Assembly: GCA_965228895.1 (NCBI GenBank)
Contig: OZ245842.1
Span: 2,304,001 to 2,368,000 of the forward strand
Reading direction: 5' to 3'
From: Alphaproteobacteria bacterium
GTDB lineage: Bacteria > Pseudomonadota > Alphaproteobacteria > SP197
Length of the DNA stretch: 64,000 bases
Below, in pieces: positions 1 through 11,100 of this stretch (its first letter is position 1; every line of letters starts with the position of its first letter). The translations under genes and the position numbers were made by a program. The notes beneath the pieces were generated by a model. That model had not been told where the DNA came from. It saw nothing but the letters and a program-made list of their open reading frames with translations, and made no database searches.

Positions 1-41
1 GCGTCGCCGACATAGGCGACCAGCCGAACCGCGATCTTCAT
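1..41 (-). CDS. 5' end of a protein, possibly a MoaD/ThiS-family sulfur carrier (runs off the window)
   Basis: ATG at 41, 3 bp after the AOR stop, reads MKIAVRLVAYVGD. This resembles a MoaD/ThiS N-terminus, and such genes often follow aor. Confidence 0.4.
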   Translation of the reverse strand, partial: MKIAVRLVAYVGD

Positions 42-44
42 GCC

Positions 45-1874
45 TCAGGCAAGGCCCAGCCGGGTCAAGGTCTGACCGCGCGGGTTGCCTTCCTCGTCCC
101 AGCCACGGCTATCGTAGTAATCCGGCAACATGTCGCCGAGGCGCGCGACCTGTCCCTTGGCGGTGCCCGATGGCGCTGGCTCGTTCAGCATGCGCGGCGG
201 CAAGGTATCGTCGGCACGGCCCAGGCCCGCCTTGATATTGAACAGGCGCTCCAGGTTCCAGATGCGCTCGCCGGTTTCGCGGATGCGCTCGGTGGTCCAG
301 GTGCTCTCCAGATCGCCATTCAGCATCGCCGCGATCTGATCGGTCGAGATGGCGCCGCCAACAAAGGCGCAGATGCCGGCGGAGTCGAAGGATGCCGCGC
401 GTTCATCCTGGGTGGTGCGCACGATCTCGACCTTGTCATCGAGTTCCTGGGTCTGGAAGTCCGACTGGAACGGGCTGGCGCGCAGATGGCAGGCACCGCG
501 ATTCGACGTGGCGTAAGCCAAGGCCATGCCTTGCATCGCACGCGGGTCGTAACCGGCGAATTCCTGGCCTTTGACCACCATGGCCAGTTCCGGTCGGCCG
601 TACTTCTCGCACAGTCGCTTGGCGCCCAGGCCGACCACGCGGCCAAAACCCTCGCCCTTGGCCGTCTGTTCGCTCATCGCGACGAGGCCCTCGGCCGATC
701 CGAAAGAGAGATCGACGCCGCCTGTCTCATCCTTGGTGATGACGCCTTCTTCATAAAGCTCCATGGCGGCCGCCAAGGCCCCGCCGAAGCTGATGGTGTC
801 CATGCCGTCCTCGTTGCACAGGAAATTGGCATAGGTCACGGCGTCGATGTCATCGACACCGACCATGGCGCCCAGCGCGAACGCGTTCTCGTACTCCAGA
901 CCACCGGAAGCGTGGTGGTATTGCGGCTTATCCTTCACCGAGAAGTGCTGGGGATCGATCGTCGCGATGCGGCCGCAAGCTATGGTGCAGGCAAAACATG
1001 CCTTGGTGGCGACAAGGTTCGCCTTGCCGTCGCTCTTCCTGACCTTGCGCGACGCCGCCGCGTTGATCTTGTCGGCGCCGTCGAACTGGACCTCGCGGTC
1101 GTTCATTGTCGGCAGGCTGCCGAACTTGTGGGTCACATCCAGCATCGCGTGGGTGCCGATGGTCGACAGGCGTTTGCGGACGGGATGGGGTTGTAGCGTG
1201 CCTTTGGCAGCGTTGACCGCGGCCATGAACGCCTTGCCGTCGTGCGCCGTCACCCCCTTGGTGCCGCGTGCCGCCACCGCCTTCAGGTTCTTTGAACCCA
1301 TGACGGCGCCAACCCCGGACCGGCCGGCGGCGCGGTGGAGATCGTTGACGACACAGGCGAAACGCACGCCCTCCTCGCCGGCGCGGCCGATCGACGCCAC
1401 CTTGATTTCCGGATCGCCGAGTTCGGCCTTGATCGCCGGTTCGATATCCCAGACCGAGCGGCCCCACAGATGACCGGCATCGCGCAGTTCGGCCTCGTCG
1501 TCATGGATGTGCAGGTAGACCGGTCTCGGAGACTTGCCCTTGATGATGACCATATCCCAGCCGGCAATCTTAATTTCCGCGCCGACCTTGCCGCCGGAGT
1601 TGGAACAGGCGATGGCACCGGTCAGCGCGCCCTTGGTCACCACGGAGTAACGCCCGGCGGTCGGTGCCATGGTGCCTGTCAGCGGCCCGGTCGCAAAAAT
1701 CAGCACGTTGCCGGGATCGAGCGCATCGACGGCCGGGTCCATCTCCTCATAGAGGTACTTGGAGGCAAGTCCGCGCTGGCCAAGATACTGCTCCGCCCAC
1801 TCGGTGTTCAGCGGTTCGCCGGTGCACGTGCCGGCGGTTAGGTCAACACGCAGGATCTTGCCGGTCCAGGCCAT
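45..1874 (-). CDS. aor: Aldehyde:ferredoxin oxidoreductase family protein (W/Mo-bis-pterin)
   Basis: WTGKILRVDL start, AGRSGVGAVMGSKNLKA, CFACTIAC Fe-S motif, LEYE, GMDTIS, RGACHL; RBS GGAGAG. Confidence 0.92.
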   Translation of the reverse strand: MAWTGKILRVDLTAGTCTGEPLNTEWAEQYLGQRGLASKYLYEEMDPAVDALDPGNVLIFATGPLTGTMAPTAGRYSVVTKGALTGAIACSNSGGKVGAEIKIAGWDMVIIKGKSPRPVYLHIHDDEAELRDAGHLWGRSVWDIEPAIKAELGDPEIKVASIGRAGEEGVRFACVVNDLHRAAGRSGVGAVMGSKNLKAVAARGTKGVTAHDGKAFMAAVNAAKGTLQPHPVRKRLSTIGTHAMLDVTHKFGSLPTMNDREVQFDGADKINAAASRKVRKSDGKANLVATKACFACTIACGRIATIDPQHFSVKDKPQYHHASGGLEYENAFALGAMVGVDDIDAVTYANFLCNEDGMDTISFGGALAAAMELYEEGVITKDETGGVDLSFGSAEGLVAMSEQTAKGEGFGRVVGLGAKRLCEKYGRPELAMVVKGQEFAGYDPRAMQGMALAYATSNRGACHLRASPFQSDFQTQELDDKVEIVRTTQDERAASFDSAGICAFVGGAISTDQIAAMLNGDLESTWTTERIRETGERIWNLERLFNIKAGLGRADDTLPPRMLNEPAPSGTAKGQVARLGDMLPDYYDSRGWDEEGNPRGQTLTRLGLA

Positions 1875-1995
1875 ACAAACTCTCCATCGAAAGACAACGC
1901 GGCGCGCATGCTAGTCGATAGAGGCCGGTGATGACACCCGTGTTCGTGCCGGCCCGTTTGTTGTCTGGTTTGACGGCCACGATAGGCGACATCGG

Positions 1996-2877
1996 CTAGG
2001 CATAGTCGGGCACGACATAGAACATGGCGCGCGCGAGGTCGCCCGTGTAGTTCCAGAACTGATGGGGTGTGCCGCGCGGCAGGTAAAGGCAGTCCTTTTC
2101 GCCCAACTCAAACCAGTCAAAGGTCGCCGGCAGGTGGACGTTGACGCGGCCCTTTTCACAGAAAACAACCTTGTCGCCACCCTCGTGGACCAAGACGTCA
2201 CCGCGAAACGATGCGGGCAAGCTCAGGCTGCCCGCGGTCATTTGGTCGGTGCTCACGTAAAGTGACTCACGGGCCTGCGACGCCTCGCCCTGCAGCACGT
2301 GAAGCGCATCCTCCTCGCCAAGCGTAACGACCGCGCCGTCGCACAGGCGTCGGTCGCGTTCGCCCGGCAAGGCGGCGGGCCACGTGCCAAGGAGATCGCG
2401 TCGCGCGTTCACGACCTCATCCAGATCGGGTTTGGTTTCCCCGAAGACGACTTCGGGCACATCCGGCGGGCGTTCCTGGGGCGCGTACCAGTCCAAGACG
2501 ACGGTTTCGATCGCGCCGAAGTTGAACCCGAAATGCCACTTGGCGCCACGCCAAAAGATCGCTTCGCCCGGCTGCGCGACCGCGACATCGCCGGTCTCCG
2601 GGTCCTGGATGGTCAACTCGCCTTGCAGCACGTAATAGAAGCGGTCCTGGTCGAACAACGCTTTCCATTTCCGTGAACTGCGAAAGTTTCGCCCTGGCGC
2701 GAGTGTGAAGATCAAGCAGCTTATCGATTGGCCACGGCCATAGATGATGTCGTTGACCTCGCCCGACTGCTCGTCGCCCCAAAGGAAACGCAAGGTCTCG
2801 CCATAACCGACGCGCATCGGCTGGTCGGCGAACAAAGGAACGTTCGTTGGTGCCTGTACCGCCTGCTTTTTTGCCAT
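1996..2877 (-). CDS. Two-domain cupin protein, function unknown
   Basis: Two cupin-like repeats (FYYVLQGEL...PGEAIFWRGAKWH; VVFCEKGRV...DCLYLPRGTPHQFWN). Confidence 0.7.
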   Translation of the reverse strand: MAKKQAVQAPTNVPLFADQPMRVGYGETLRFLWGDEQSGEVNDIIYGRGQSISCLIFTLAPGRNFRSSRKWKALFDQDRFYYVLQGELTIQDPETGDVAVAQPGEAIFWRGAKWHFGFNFGAIETVVLDWYAPQERPPDVPEVVFGETKPDLDEVVNARRDLLGTWPAALPGERDRRLCDGAVVTLGEEDALHVLQGEASQARESLYVSTDQMTAGSLSLPASFRGDVLVHEGGDKVVFCEKGRVNVHLPATFDWFELGEKDCLYLPRGTPHQFWNYTGDLARAMFYVVPDYA

Positions 2878-2921
2878 GACGACCCCCGGTCTTAGCCGAA
2901 TGGGAGTCTATCAGACGCGTA

Positions 2922-4826
2922 TCAGGTGATCATACCTCTCTCGCGCAGCATGGCGACGACCTGATCGGCGGCCTCCTCGGCCGTCATCGTTTCGGTCTTC
3001 AGCGTCAGCTCTGCGGCTTCCGGCGCTTCGTAAGGTGAGTCGATGCCCGTGAAGTTTGCGATCTTGCCGGCCCGCGCCTTCTCATAAAGCCCCTTGGGAT
3101 CGCGGCCTTCGCAGATTTCGAGCGGCGTGTCGACGAAGATTTCCATAAACTCGTTCTCAGGAACGGTTTCGCGCGCCATGCGCCGCTCGCTGCGGAACGG
3201 CGAGATGAACGAGACCAGGACGATGATGCCGGCATCGACGAACAGCCTGGCAACCTCTGAAACACGGCGGATGTTCTCGACACGATCGGCGTCGGTAAAA
3301 CCGAGGTCGCGGTTAAGGCCGTGGCGGACGTTGTCGCCGTCCAGCACATAGGTGTGGCGCCCGATCGCGTGCAGGCGCTTTTCGACCAGGTTGGCGATCG
3401 TCGACTTGCCGGAGCCGCTAAGACCGGTGAACCAGAGGATGCCTGGCGCCTGGCTCTTCAGCCGCGAATGGGCCGCCTTGTCGACATCCAGCTCCTGCCA
3501 GGCGATGTTCGCGCCACGGCGCAGCGCAAAGCTTATGGCGCCCGCGCCCACGGTGCCGTTGGTCAACCGGTCGACCAGGATGAACCCGCCGGTCTGGCGA
3601 TTGTCCTCGTAAGCATCGAAGGGGATCGCCTGATCCAGCGACAGGTTGCACCAGCCGATCTCGTTGAGGTGCAGGTCTTTCGCGGCCTGATGATCGAGCG
3701 TGTTGACGTTGACCTTGTACTTCAGCTCCGTGATCGTCGCGGTCACGGTCTTGGTGGCACTCTGCATGATGTATTCACGGCCTGGATAGAGCGGCTCATC
3801 GCTCATCCACAGCAGGTGAACACCGAACTGGTCGGAGACCTCGCACGGTTTATCGAGGGCCGCGAGGATGTCGCCGCGACTGATGTCGATTTCATCCTCA
3901 AGGGTCAGTGTGACCGCCTGGCCCGTTACGGCGCTGTCGAGATCACCATCATAGGTGACGATCCGCTCCACCTTGCTTTTGCGGCCGGACGGCAGCGCAA
4001 TCACAGGATCGCCCGGCAGGACGCGGCCGCCGGCAATGGTGCCGCTATAGCCCCTGAAATCCAGATTGGGGCGCGACACAAGCTGTACCGGCAGACGGAA
4101 TGGCTGCTCGACATCGGCAGCGGCGAGGTCGACGGTCTCCAGGTGCGCCATGAGTGTCGGGCCGCCATACCATGGCGTGGTGTCGCCGGCCGTCAGCACG
4201 TTGTCGCCCTTGAGCGCCGACATCGGGATCGCTGTGATGTTGTCGACGCCAAGCCCGCTTGCGAAGACGCGGTAGTCGTTGACGATGGTATCGAAGACGT
4301 CCTCGGAATAGTCCACCAGGTCCATCTTGTTGACGGCCAGGACGACCTGACGGATGCCCATCAACGAGACGATAAAGCTGTGCCGGCGTGTCTGAGTCAG
4401 AACGCCTTTGCGGGCGTCGACCAGGATCACGGCGAGCGATGCGGTCGATGCGCCCGTCGCCATGTTGCGCGTGTATTGTTCGTGCCCGGGCGTGTCGGCC
4501 ACGATGAACTTGCGCTTGTCGGTCGAAAAGAACCGGTAGGCGACGTCAATGGTGATGCCCTGCTCGCGTTCGGCCTGCAGACCGTCGACCAGCAAAGCTA
4601 GATCGACATCGTCGCCGGTCGTGCCCGACACCTTGCTGTCGCGCTCTAACGCGTCAAGCTGGTCTTCGTAGATCAGCTTGGAGTCATAGAGCAGCCGGCC
4701 GATCAGTGTGCTCTTGCCGTCATCGACACTGCCGCAGGTGATGAAACGCAAGAGGCTCTTGTGTTCCTGTTCGGCCAGGAACTCTTCGATCGAGGGCTGC
4801 GCCACGATTGCCTGGTCGCTCGCCAT
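2922..4826 (-). CDS. cysNC: Bifunctional sulfate adenylyltransferase subunit 1 / APS kinase (CysNC, NodQ-type)
   Basis: [26 protein letters not shown] GTPase motifs; C-terminal [20 protein letters not shown]. Confidence 0.97.
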   Translation of the reverse strand: MASDQAIVAQPSIEEFLAEQEHKSLLRFITCGSVDDGKSTLIGRLLYDSKLIYEDQLDALERDSKVSGTTGDDVDLALLVDGLQAEREQGITIDVAYRFFSTDKRKFIVADTPGHEQYTRNMATGASTASLAVILVDARKGVLTQTRRHSFIVSLMGIRQVVLAVNKMDLVDYSEDVFDTIVNDYRVFASGLGVDNITAIPMSALKGDNVLTAGDTTPWYGGPTLMAHLETVDLAAADVEQPFRLPVQLVSRPNLDFRGYSGTIAGGRVLPGDPVIALPSGRKSKVERIVTYDGDLDSAVTGQAVTLTLEDEIDISRGDILAALDKPCEVSDQFGVHLLWMSDEPLYPGREYIMQSATKTVTATITELKYKVNVNTLDHQAAKDLHLNEIGWCNLSLDQAIPFDAYEDNRQTGGFILVDRLTNGTVGAGAISFALRRGANIAWQELDVDKAAHSRLKSQAPGILWFTGLSGSGKSTIANLVEKRLHAIGRHTYVLDGDNVRHGLNRDLGFTDADRVENIRRVSEVARLFVDAGIIVLVSFISPFRSERRMARETVPENEFMEIFVDTPLEICEGRDPKGLYEKARAGKIANFTGIDSPYEAPEAAELTLKTETMTAEEAADQVVAMLRERGMIT

Positions 4827-5761
4827 CAGAAGTACCCTTCCTGTTTCTTGCGTTCCATGGAACCTGCCTGGTCGTGGTCGATCACCCGGCCCTGACGTTC
4901 GGACGTGCGCGCCAGCATCATCTCCTCGATGATGGACTCGATATCGTCGGCGGTTGATTCGACCGCGGCGGTCAGCGGGTAACAGCCGAGCGTTCGGAAG
5001 CGGACCGATTTCATCATCGGCTTTTCGCCCGGCAGTAGTTCCATGCGATCGTCGTCGACCATGATAAGGCCGCCGTCGCGCTCCACCACCGGACGGTTGG
5101 CCGCAAAATAGAGCGGCACGATCGGGATCTGTTCACGCCGGATGTACTGCCAGATATCCAGCTCGGTCCAATTGGACAGCGGGAAAACCCGGATACTCTC
5201 GCCCTTGCGCACCCTGGCGTTATAGAGGTTCCACAGTTCCGGGCGCTGGTTTTTCGGGTCCCAGCGATGGTTCGCCGAGCGGAAGGAAAAGATCCGTTCC
5301 TTGGCGCGGGATTGTTCCTCATCGCGCCGGGCGCCGCCGAATGCCGCATCGAAGCCGTGCTTGTCCAGGGCCTGCTTCAGCGCCTGGGTTTTCATCACAT
5401 CGGTGTGAAACGCCGAACCATGGGTAAAGGGGCCGATGCCCTGCGCGACACCGTCCTGGTTGGTGTGAACGATCAGATCGAGCCCCAACTCAGCAGCCAG
5501 GTTGTCGCGGAACGCGATCATCTCGCGGAATTTCCAGGTCGTGTCGACATGCAGGAAAGGAAACGGTGGCTTGGCCGGATAGAAGGCCTTCAACGCCAGA
5601 TGCAGCATGACCGACGAATCCTTGCCGATCGAATAGAGCATCACGGGCTTGCGGAAGACCGCCGCAACCTCGCGCATGATGTAAATGCTCTCTGCTTCCA
5701 GATTGTCGAGATGGCTCAGTGCCGCGCCGTCCCGCATTTTTGCGTCCGTTGTCTTTGACAT
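4826..5761 (-). CDS. cysD: Sulfate adenylyltransferase subunit 2
   Basis: [38 protein letters not shown]; start moved to ATG 5761 (RBS GGGGA); 1-bp overlap with cysNC. Confidence 0.96.
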   Translation of the reverse strand: MSKTTDAKMRDGAALSHLDNLEAESIYIMREVAAVFRKPVMLYSIGKDSSVMLHLALKAFYPAKPPFPFLHVDTTWKFREMIAFRDNLAAELGLDLIVHTNQDGVAQGIGPFTHGSAFHTDVMKTQALKQALDKHGFDAAFGGARRDEEQSRAKERIFSFRSANHRWDPKNQRPELWNLYNARVRKGESIRVFPLSNWTELDIWQYIRREQIPIVPLYFAANRPVVERDGGLIMVDDDRMELLPGEKPMMKSVRFRTLGCYPLTAAVESTADDIESIIEEMMLARTSERQGRVIDHDQAGSMERKKQEGYF

Positions 5762-5928
5762 AGATCCCCAGATGGAGTCGCCGGCCTGGCTTGTCCATAA
5801 CGATATCACAGCGCCCGGGTCGAGCTAAGGTAATCGGCCGCAAAATGCAACAGTTTGGCGGGTTTGAACTGGTATTTGAACGTTCATTCAATTAAAATCA
5901 AGTGACGGATCTAACGAGGGATATGGGC

Positions 5929-6690
5929 ATGACGGGCAGGTTGGACGGGAAGACGGCGATCGTGACCGGCGGCACCAAAGGTATCGGCCGCGGCATCGTC
6001 GAGCGCTATTTGCGCGAAGGCGCCACCGTTGTGGTCACGGCGCGCAGCGCACCGGATCAAGCGTTTTCTGATGGCGCGGCCGTCCACTTCATGGCCGGCG
6101 ATGTCGCCAAGCCCGATCACGCGCGCGCGGTCGTTGATGCCGCGCTTCAGCAGTCCGGCCGGCTCGACATTCTGGTCAACAATGCGGCAATGCAGGTCGA
6201 AAAGACGGTGCCCGATACGACCGAAGAAGAATGGGACCGGATCTTCGCGGTCAACGTGAAAAGCGTCTTCAACTTCTGCCAAGCGGCCCTGAAACCCATG
6301 ACCGAGGCCGGCGCCGGCTCGATCATCAATATCGGATCCTATGACGGGTTCATCGCCGACCCCGGCCTTGCCGCCTATTGCGCCACCAAGGGCGCTGTCC
6401 ACGCCCTATCGCGAGCAATCGCGGTCGATCACGGCGGCGAAGGCGTGCGCTGCAATGTCATCTGTCCGGGCTGGGTCAAGACCGAGATGATGGATGCGTA
6501 CCTGGCCAGCGTTCCCGATCCTGAGGAAGCGGCCAAACTTCTGGATGCCAACCAACCCGTCGGCCGGATCGGCCGCCCCGACGACATCGCCAGTCTCGCC
6601 TTGTGGCTGGCGAGTGACGAAAGTGCGTTTACGACCGGCCAGCTCATGGTGTGCGACGGCGGCCTGACCGCCCGGGCGTCACAGCCCTAG
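5929..6690 (+). CDS. SDR family oxidoreductase
   Basis: TGGTKGIG, NNAA, YCATK, CPG motifs; RBS GAGGG before ATG 5929. Confidence 0.92.
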   Translation: MTGRLDGKTAIVTGGTKGIGRGIVERYLREGATVVVTARSAPDQAFSDGAAVHFMAGDVAKPDHARAVVDAALQQSGRLDILVNNAAMQVEKTVPDTTEEEWDRIFAVNVKSVFNFCQAALKPMTEAGAGSIINIGSYDGFIADPGLAAYCATKGAVHALSRAIAVDHGGEGVRCNVICPGWVKTEMMDAYLASVPDPEEAAKLLDANQPVGRIGRPDDIASLALWLASDESAFTTGQLMVCDGGLTARASQP

Positions 6691-6701
6691 CAGTCTGCCC
6701 G

Positions 6702-7373
6702 TCAGGTATCCGCCCACATGCGCAACAGGTTGAACCGCGCTTTCTCCAACGTCATGAAGGCACCGGAATCCGGTGCGCGGTGATGCAGGTCCTCGGCGAC
6801 TGTCGCCAGTTCAAACAGGATCTGGCGCCGCGCGGGATCACGGATGGTGCTTTCAATCCAGGTGACGACGGCGAGCCGCTCGCCCTGGGTGACCTCGTCG
6901 ACCCGGTGGACGAAGTGCGTGGGATAGACGATGGCATCGCCCGGGGGCAGCTTGATGCGCTGGGTCCCCGGCGCGGTGTCGATGACCAGTTCGCCGCCCT
7001 CATAGCTATCGGGGTCCTGGAGGAAGATCGTCATCGAGCAATCGACACGGAACGGCTGGGCGCCGCCCATGATGGCGTTATCCATATGGTCGCCATACCG
7101 CATGCCCGGACGATAGCGGCTCATGATAGGCGGCATGATGCGCCGCGGCCTGGCCAGAACCTGCAGGGTTTTGTTCTGCCACAGCCGAGCAAGCAGCATG
7201 CGCACCAGTTGCTCGCGCCCCTTGGCGCCGACGGCCAGTTCCTCGTTCACCTTGCGATCGGCAACCAGAAAGCCGGCTGAATTCATGCCATCGGCAAACT
7301 CGCCGGTCTTCTCGACATCGCGGATCGCCGCGACTTCCTCCGGCGATATGATCTGGCGTATGATCTTAAGCAT
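6702..7373 (-). CDS. Fe(II)/2-oxoglutarate PKHD-type hydroxylase (PiuC/YbiX family)
   Basis: YGDHMDNA, YEGGELVI, HRVDEVTQGER, RFNLLRMWAD; alternative start 7388. Confidence 0.9.
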   Translation of the reverse strand: MLKIIRQIISPEEVAAIRDVEKTGEFADGMNSAGFLVADRKVNEELAVGAKGREQLVRMLLARLWQNKTLQVLARPRRIMPPIMSRYRPGMRYGDHMDNAIMGGAQPFRVDCSMTIFLQDPDSYEGGELVIDTAPGTQRIKLPPGDAIVYPTHFVHRVDEVTQGERLAVVTWIESTIRDPARRQILFELATVAEDLHHRAPDSGAFMTLEKARFNLLRMWADT

Positions 7374-7478
7374 CAAACAAAGTCCCATAGGGCACGTTGG
7401 ATGAGTGGTTCTACCCCAATCGAGAACTCACGAACACATCATGTGTAATCGCGAAACCGCTGACCTAGCGTTTCCGGC

Positions 7479-8117
7479 ATGATTATCGATGTCTTTTCCG
7501 ATCCCATCTGTCCTTGGTGTTTCATTGGCAAACGCCGGATGGAGCGCGCGTTCACCGATTTGCCTGCCCGGGAACGGCCGCAGGTTCGCTGGCGTGCTTT
7601 CATGCTGAACCCGGAAATGCCGGCTGATGGCATGGAGCGCAACGCCTATCTGGCGCGCAAGTTCGGCAGCGGCCAGCGCGCCATGGAACTTTATGACGTC
7701 ATCGCCCAGACCGGCTATGAGGAAGGTATCCTGTTTGCCTTCGGCGACATCGCGCGTACGCCAAGCACGATGAACGCGCATCGCCTGATTCGTTATGCCG
7801 GCGAGAATGGGGTCCAAAACGAGGTCGTCACGGATCTGTTCGACCGGTACTTCCTGAATGGTGAGGATATCGGTAGCAGTGACGTGTTGAGGGCGGCGGC
7901 GGAACAGGCCGGGTTGGACGGCTATACGGTCGTCACATTCCTTGAGGGCGATGAGGAACGCGATGCCGTGCTGGCCGATCACAATCTGGCCCAGCATATC
8001 GGTATCAGCGGCGTGCCCTGCTTTATTCTGGATGGCCGCTACGCGGTCTCCGGTGCGCAATCGCCGGATGTCTTCAAACGCATGATCGAAACGGCGACTC
8101 TGACCGCCGCCGAGTAA
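7479..8117 (+). CDS. DsbA-family (FrnE-like) oxidoreductase
   Basis: FSDPICPWCFIGKRR, GISGVP, VSGAQ. Confidence 0.92.
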   Translation: MIIDVFSDPICPWCFIGKRRMERAFTDLPARERPQVRWRAFMLNPEMPADGMERNAYLARKFGSGQRAMELYDVIAQTGYEEGILFAFGDIARTPSTMNAHRLIRYAGENGVQNEVVTDLFDRYFLNGEDIGSSDVLRAAAEQAGLDGYTVVTFLEGDEERDAVLADHNLAQHIGISGVPCFILDGRYAVSGAQSPDVFKRMIETATLTAAE

Positions 8118-8128
8118 GTCTTTTCCAG

Positions 8129-11100
8129 CTACTGCGCTGCACTGACGGCTGGTTCGCCGGCGCGCGCGATGGCCGCCAACCGCTCGATCAAGGTGCGGGT
8201 GCCTGTCAGGCGCTGATCGACGTCTTCCCAGACCCTGGTCGCGACCAGGCGGTGGTCGGGCCTGAGTTTGACCATGCCGGCCTGCTCGGCGATGAAGTCA
8301 ACCAGTCCGGCCGGGTTGGCGAACTGCTCGCCGTGAAAGGCGATGCTGGCGCCGCGCGGTCCTGAATCGACCTTCGCGATGCCGGCGGCGCGGCACAGGC
8401 CCTTGATCGCGACGATGTCCAGCAGGTTCTGGACCTCCTTGGGCAGCTCGCCGAACCGGTCGGCGAGCTCTTCCGCCAGATCGTCGATCTCTTCCTGGTT
8501 TTCCAATGCGGCGATCCGCCGGTAAAGGCCGAGCCGGACATCGAGATCGCGGACGTAGTCGTCGGGGATCAGGACCGCGGTACCAATGTTGATCTCCGGC
8601 GACCAGGTGTCGGGCGCTGTTCCGGCACGCCCTTCCTGAGCCGCCTTGGCCGCGTGCACCGCCTCCTCCAGCATCTGTTGATAGAGCTCGATACCGACCT
8701 CCTTGATGTGGCCGGATTGTTCGGTGCCCAAGAGGTTGCCGGCGCCGCGAATGTCGAGGTCGTGGCTGGCCAGACTGAAGCCGGCGCCCAGGCTGTCCAG
8801 GCGCTGCATCACCTCCAGCCGGCGCTCGGCCGTACGGTTCAGCTTTTTGCCGGGCGGCAAGGTCAGATAGGCATAGGCGCGGGCCTTGGCGCGGCCAATG
8901 CGGCCCCTGAGCTGATAGAGCTGCGCCAGACCGAACATGTCGGAGCGATAGATGATCATCGTGTTCACGTTCGGAATGTCGAGCCCGGACTCGATGATGG
9001 TCGTGGAAATCAGAACATCGATCTCTGCGTCATAAAACGCGCCCATGATCTGCTCGAGGTCGCCGCTCGCCATGCGGCCGTGGGCGATGGCAAATCGCGC
9101 TTCCGGCACCAGGTCCTCGAGCTGCTTGCGCACTTTGTCCAGGTCGGAGATGCGCGGGCAGACAAAGAAAGTCTGGCCGCCACGCAGCTGCTCACGCCGG
9201 ATCGCCTCGCGCACGGTGACCGAATCGAACGGCGTCACGAAGGTTCTGACGGCCAGACGGTCAACCGGTGCGGTGGCGATGAGACTCAAGTCCTTAACGC
9301 CGGTCAGCGACATCTGAAGGGTTCTGGGGATCGGCGTCGCGGTCAGTGTCAGCACATGAACGTTGGCCTTCATCTGCTTCAGGCGCTCTTTGTGTTTCAC
9401 CCCGAAATGCTGCTCCTCATCGACGATCAAGAGGCCCAGATTCTTGATGGTGACGTCCTTGGCCAGCAGCGCGTGGGTGCCGATGGCGATATCGATGGTG
9501 CCGTCGAACAAGCCCTGTTTGGCGACTTTTACATCCTTGGTGCCGACAAATCGGGATAGTTGCGCGATCTTGACCGGCAAGCCGCGAAATCGCTCGGCGA
9601 ACGTGGCATGGTGCTGGCGCGCCAGGAGCGTGGTCGGCACGACGACAGCGACCTGATACCCCGCCATGACGGCCAGAAAAGCGGCTCTTAGCGCAACTTC
9701 CGTCTTGCCGAAACCGACATCGCCACAGACCAGGCGGTCCATCGCCCGGCCCGCCGCCAGGTCACCGGCGACATCGCCGATCGCGCGCTCTTGATCCTCC
9801 GTCTCGTGAAACGGAAAGCGCGCGCAAAACTCGTCATAGAGTCCTTGTGGCGCTGACATGCTCGGGCCTGGTTGCAACTTTCGTTCGGCAGCGATCTTGA
9901 GCAGGTCGCCGGCGATTGCTTGAATGCGCTCCTTAAGACGAGCACGGCGCGATTGCCAACTGGCGCTGCCCAGCCGGTCGAGCTGCACAACCGTGTCGTG
10001 GGAGCCGTAGCGCGACAGCACGTCGATGTTCTCGACCGGGACAAAGAGTTTGTCGTCGCCGTCGTAGACGATTCGCAGGCAATCATGAGGCGCCTCGCCC
10101 CGCGTCAGTGTCTGCAGCCCATCGAAGCGGCCGATGCCGTGGTCGACGTGAACGACATAATCGCCTTCGCCGATTTGCGACGCTTCGGTCAGGAACCGTT
10201 CGGCATCACTTCGGGTGCGCTTGCGCGCCGGACGGCCGATGCGATCGCCGACGATATCCTGCTCGGTCAGCACCAGAAGGCCGGGCGCCTCGAAACCGTG
10301 CTCCAGGCCGAGCACGGCGGCGACAACGACATCACCGGCCAATCCGTCAGCGCCTTGCCAGTTGGCGATGTTTTCGATCGCCGGAATGCCGTGGTCGTGA
10401 AGCAGCTTGGCTAGCCGATTGCGGCTGGCGATGGTTGCACCGGCAATGACAACGCGCCTTCCGTCCGCCTGCTCGTTTTGGACATGGTTGGCGACTTCAT
10501 CGAACAGGTTGACGTCGGTGCGCTGGCGTTCGGCGCTGAAATCATGTGCCCGGCGTCCCATCGCATCGATGATGACGGCGTCACCCGACGGTGCCTCACT
10601 GAACGGCGACATCGCGACGACTTCGGCGTCGGCTAGAGCGTTGTCCCAGGCCAGTTCATTTAGATAGAGCCGTTCCGGCGGGACCGGTTTGTAGGGTGGC
10701 GCCTCGTCGCCGGACGGTTTGGCGTCCGCCTCGCCGATGCGGTGACTGAAGTGATCGCGGATAACCTCCAACCGGGCATCGCGCGCTTCGACGATTCGGT
10801 GGTCCAGTACGACGATCGGGTTGTCGAGATAATCTGCCAAGGTTTCGAGCCGATCGTAATAGAGCGGCAGCCAGTGCTCCATGCCGGCGTAGCGGGCGCC
10901 CGCCATCACGGCTTCGAACAGGGGATCGTTGCCGGCCGCGATGCCAAAGAGCTCATGATAGCCACGCCGGAAACAGGCGATTGTCGTTTCGTCCAGAAGC
11001 ACTTCGCTGGCTGGGCGCAAAGAGAGCGTCTTGAGGCGGCCCGTCGAGCGCTGGTTCATGGGATCGAAACGGCGCAGCGCCTCCACCTCGTCACCGAAGA

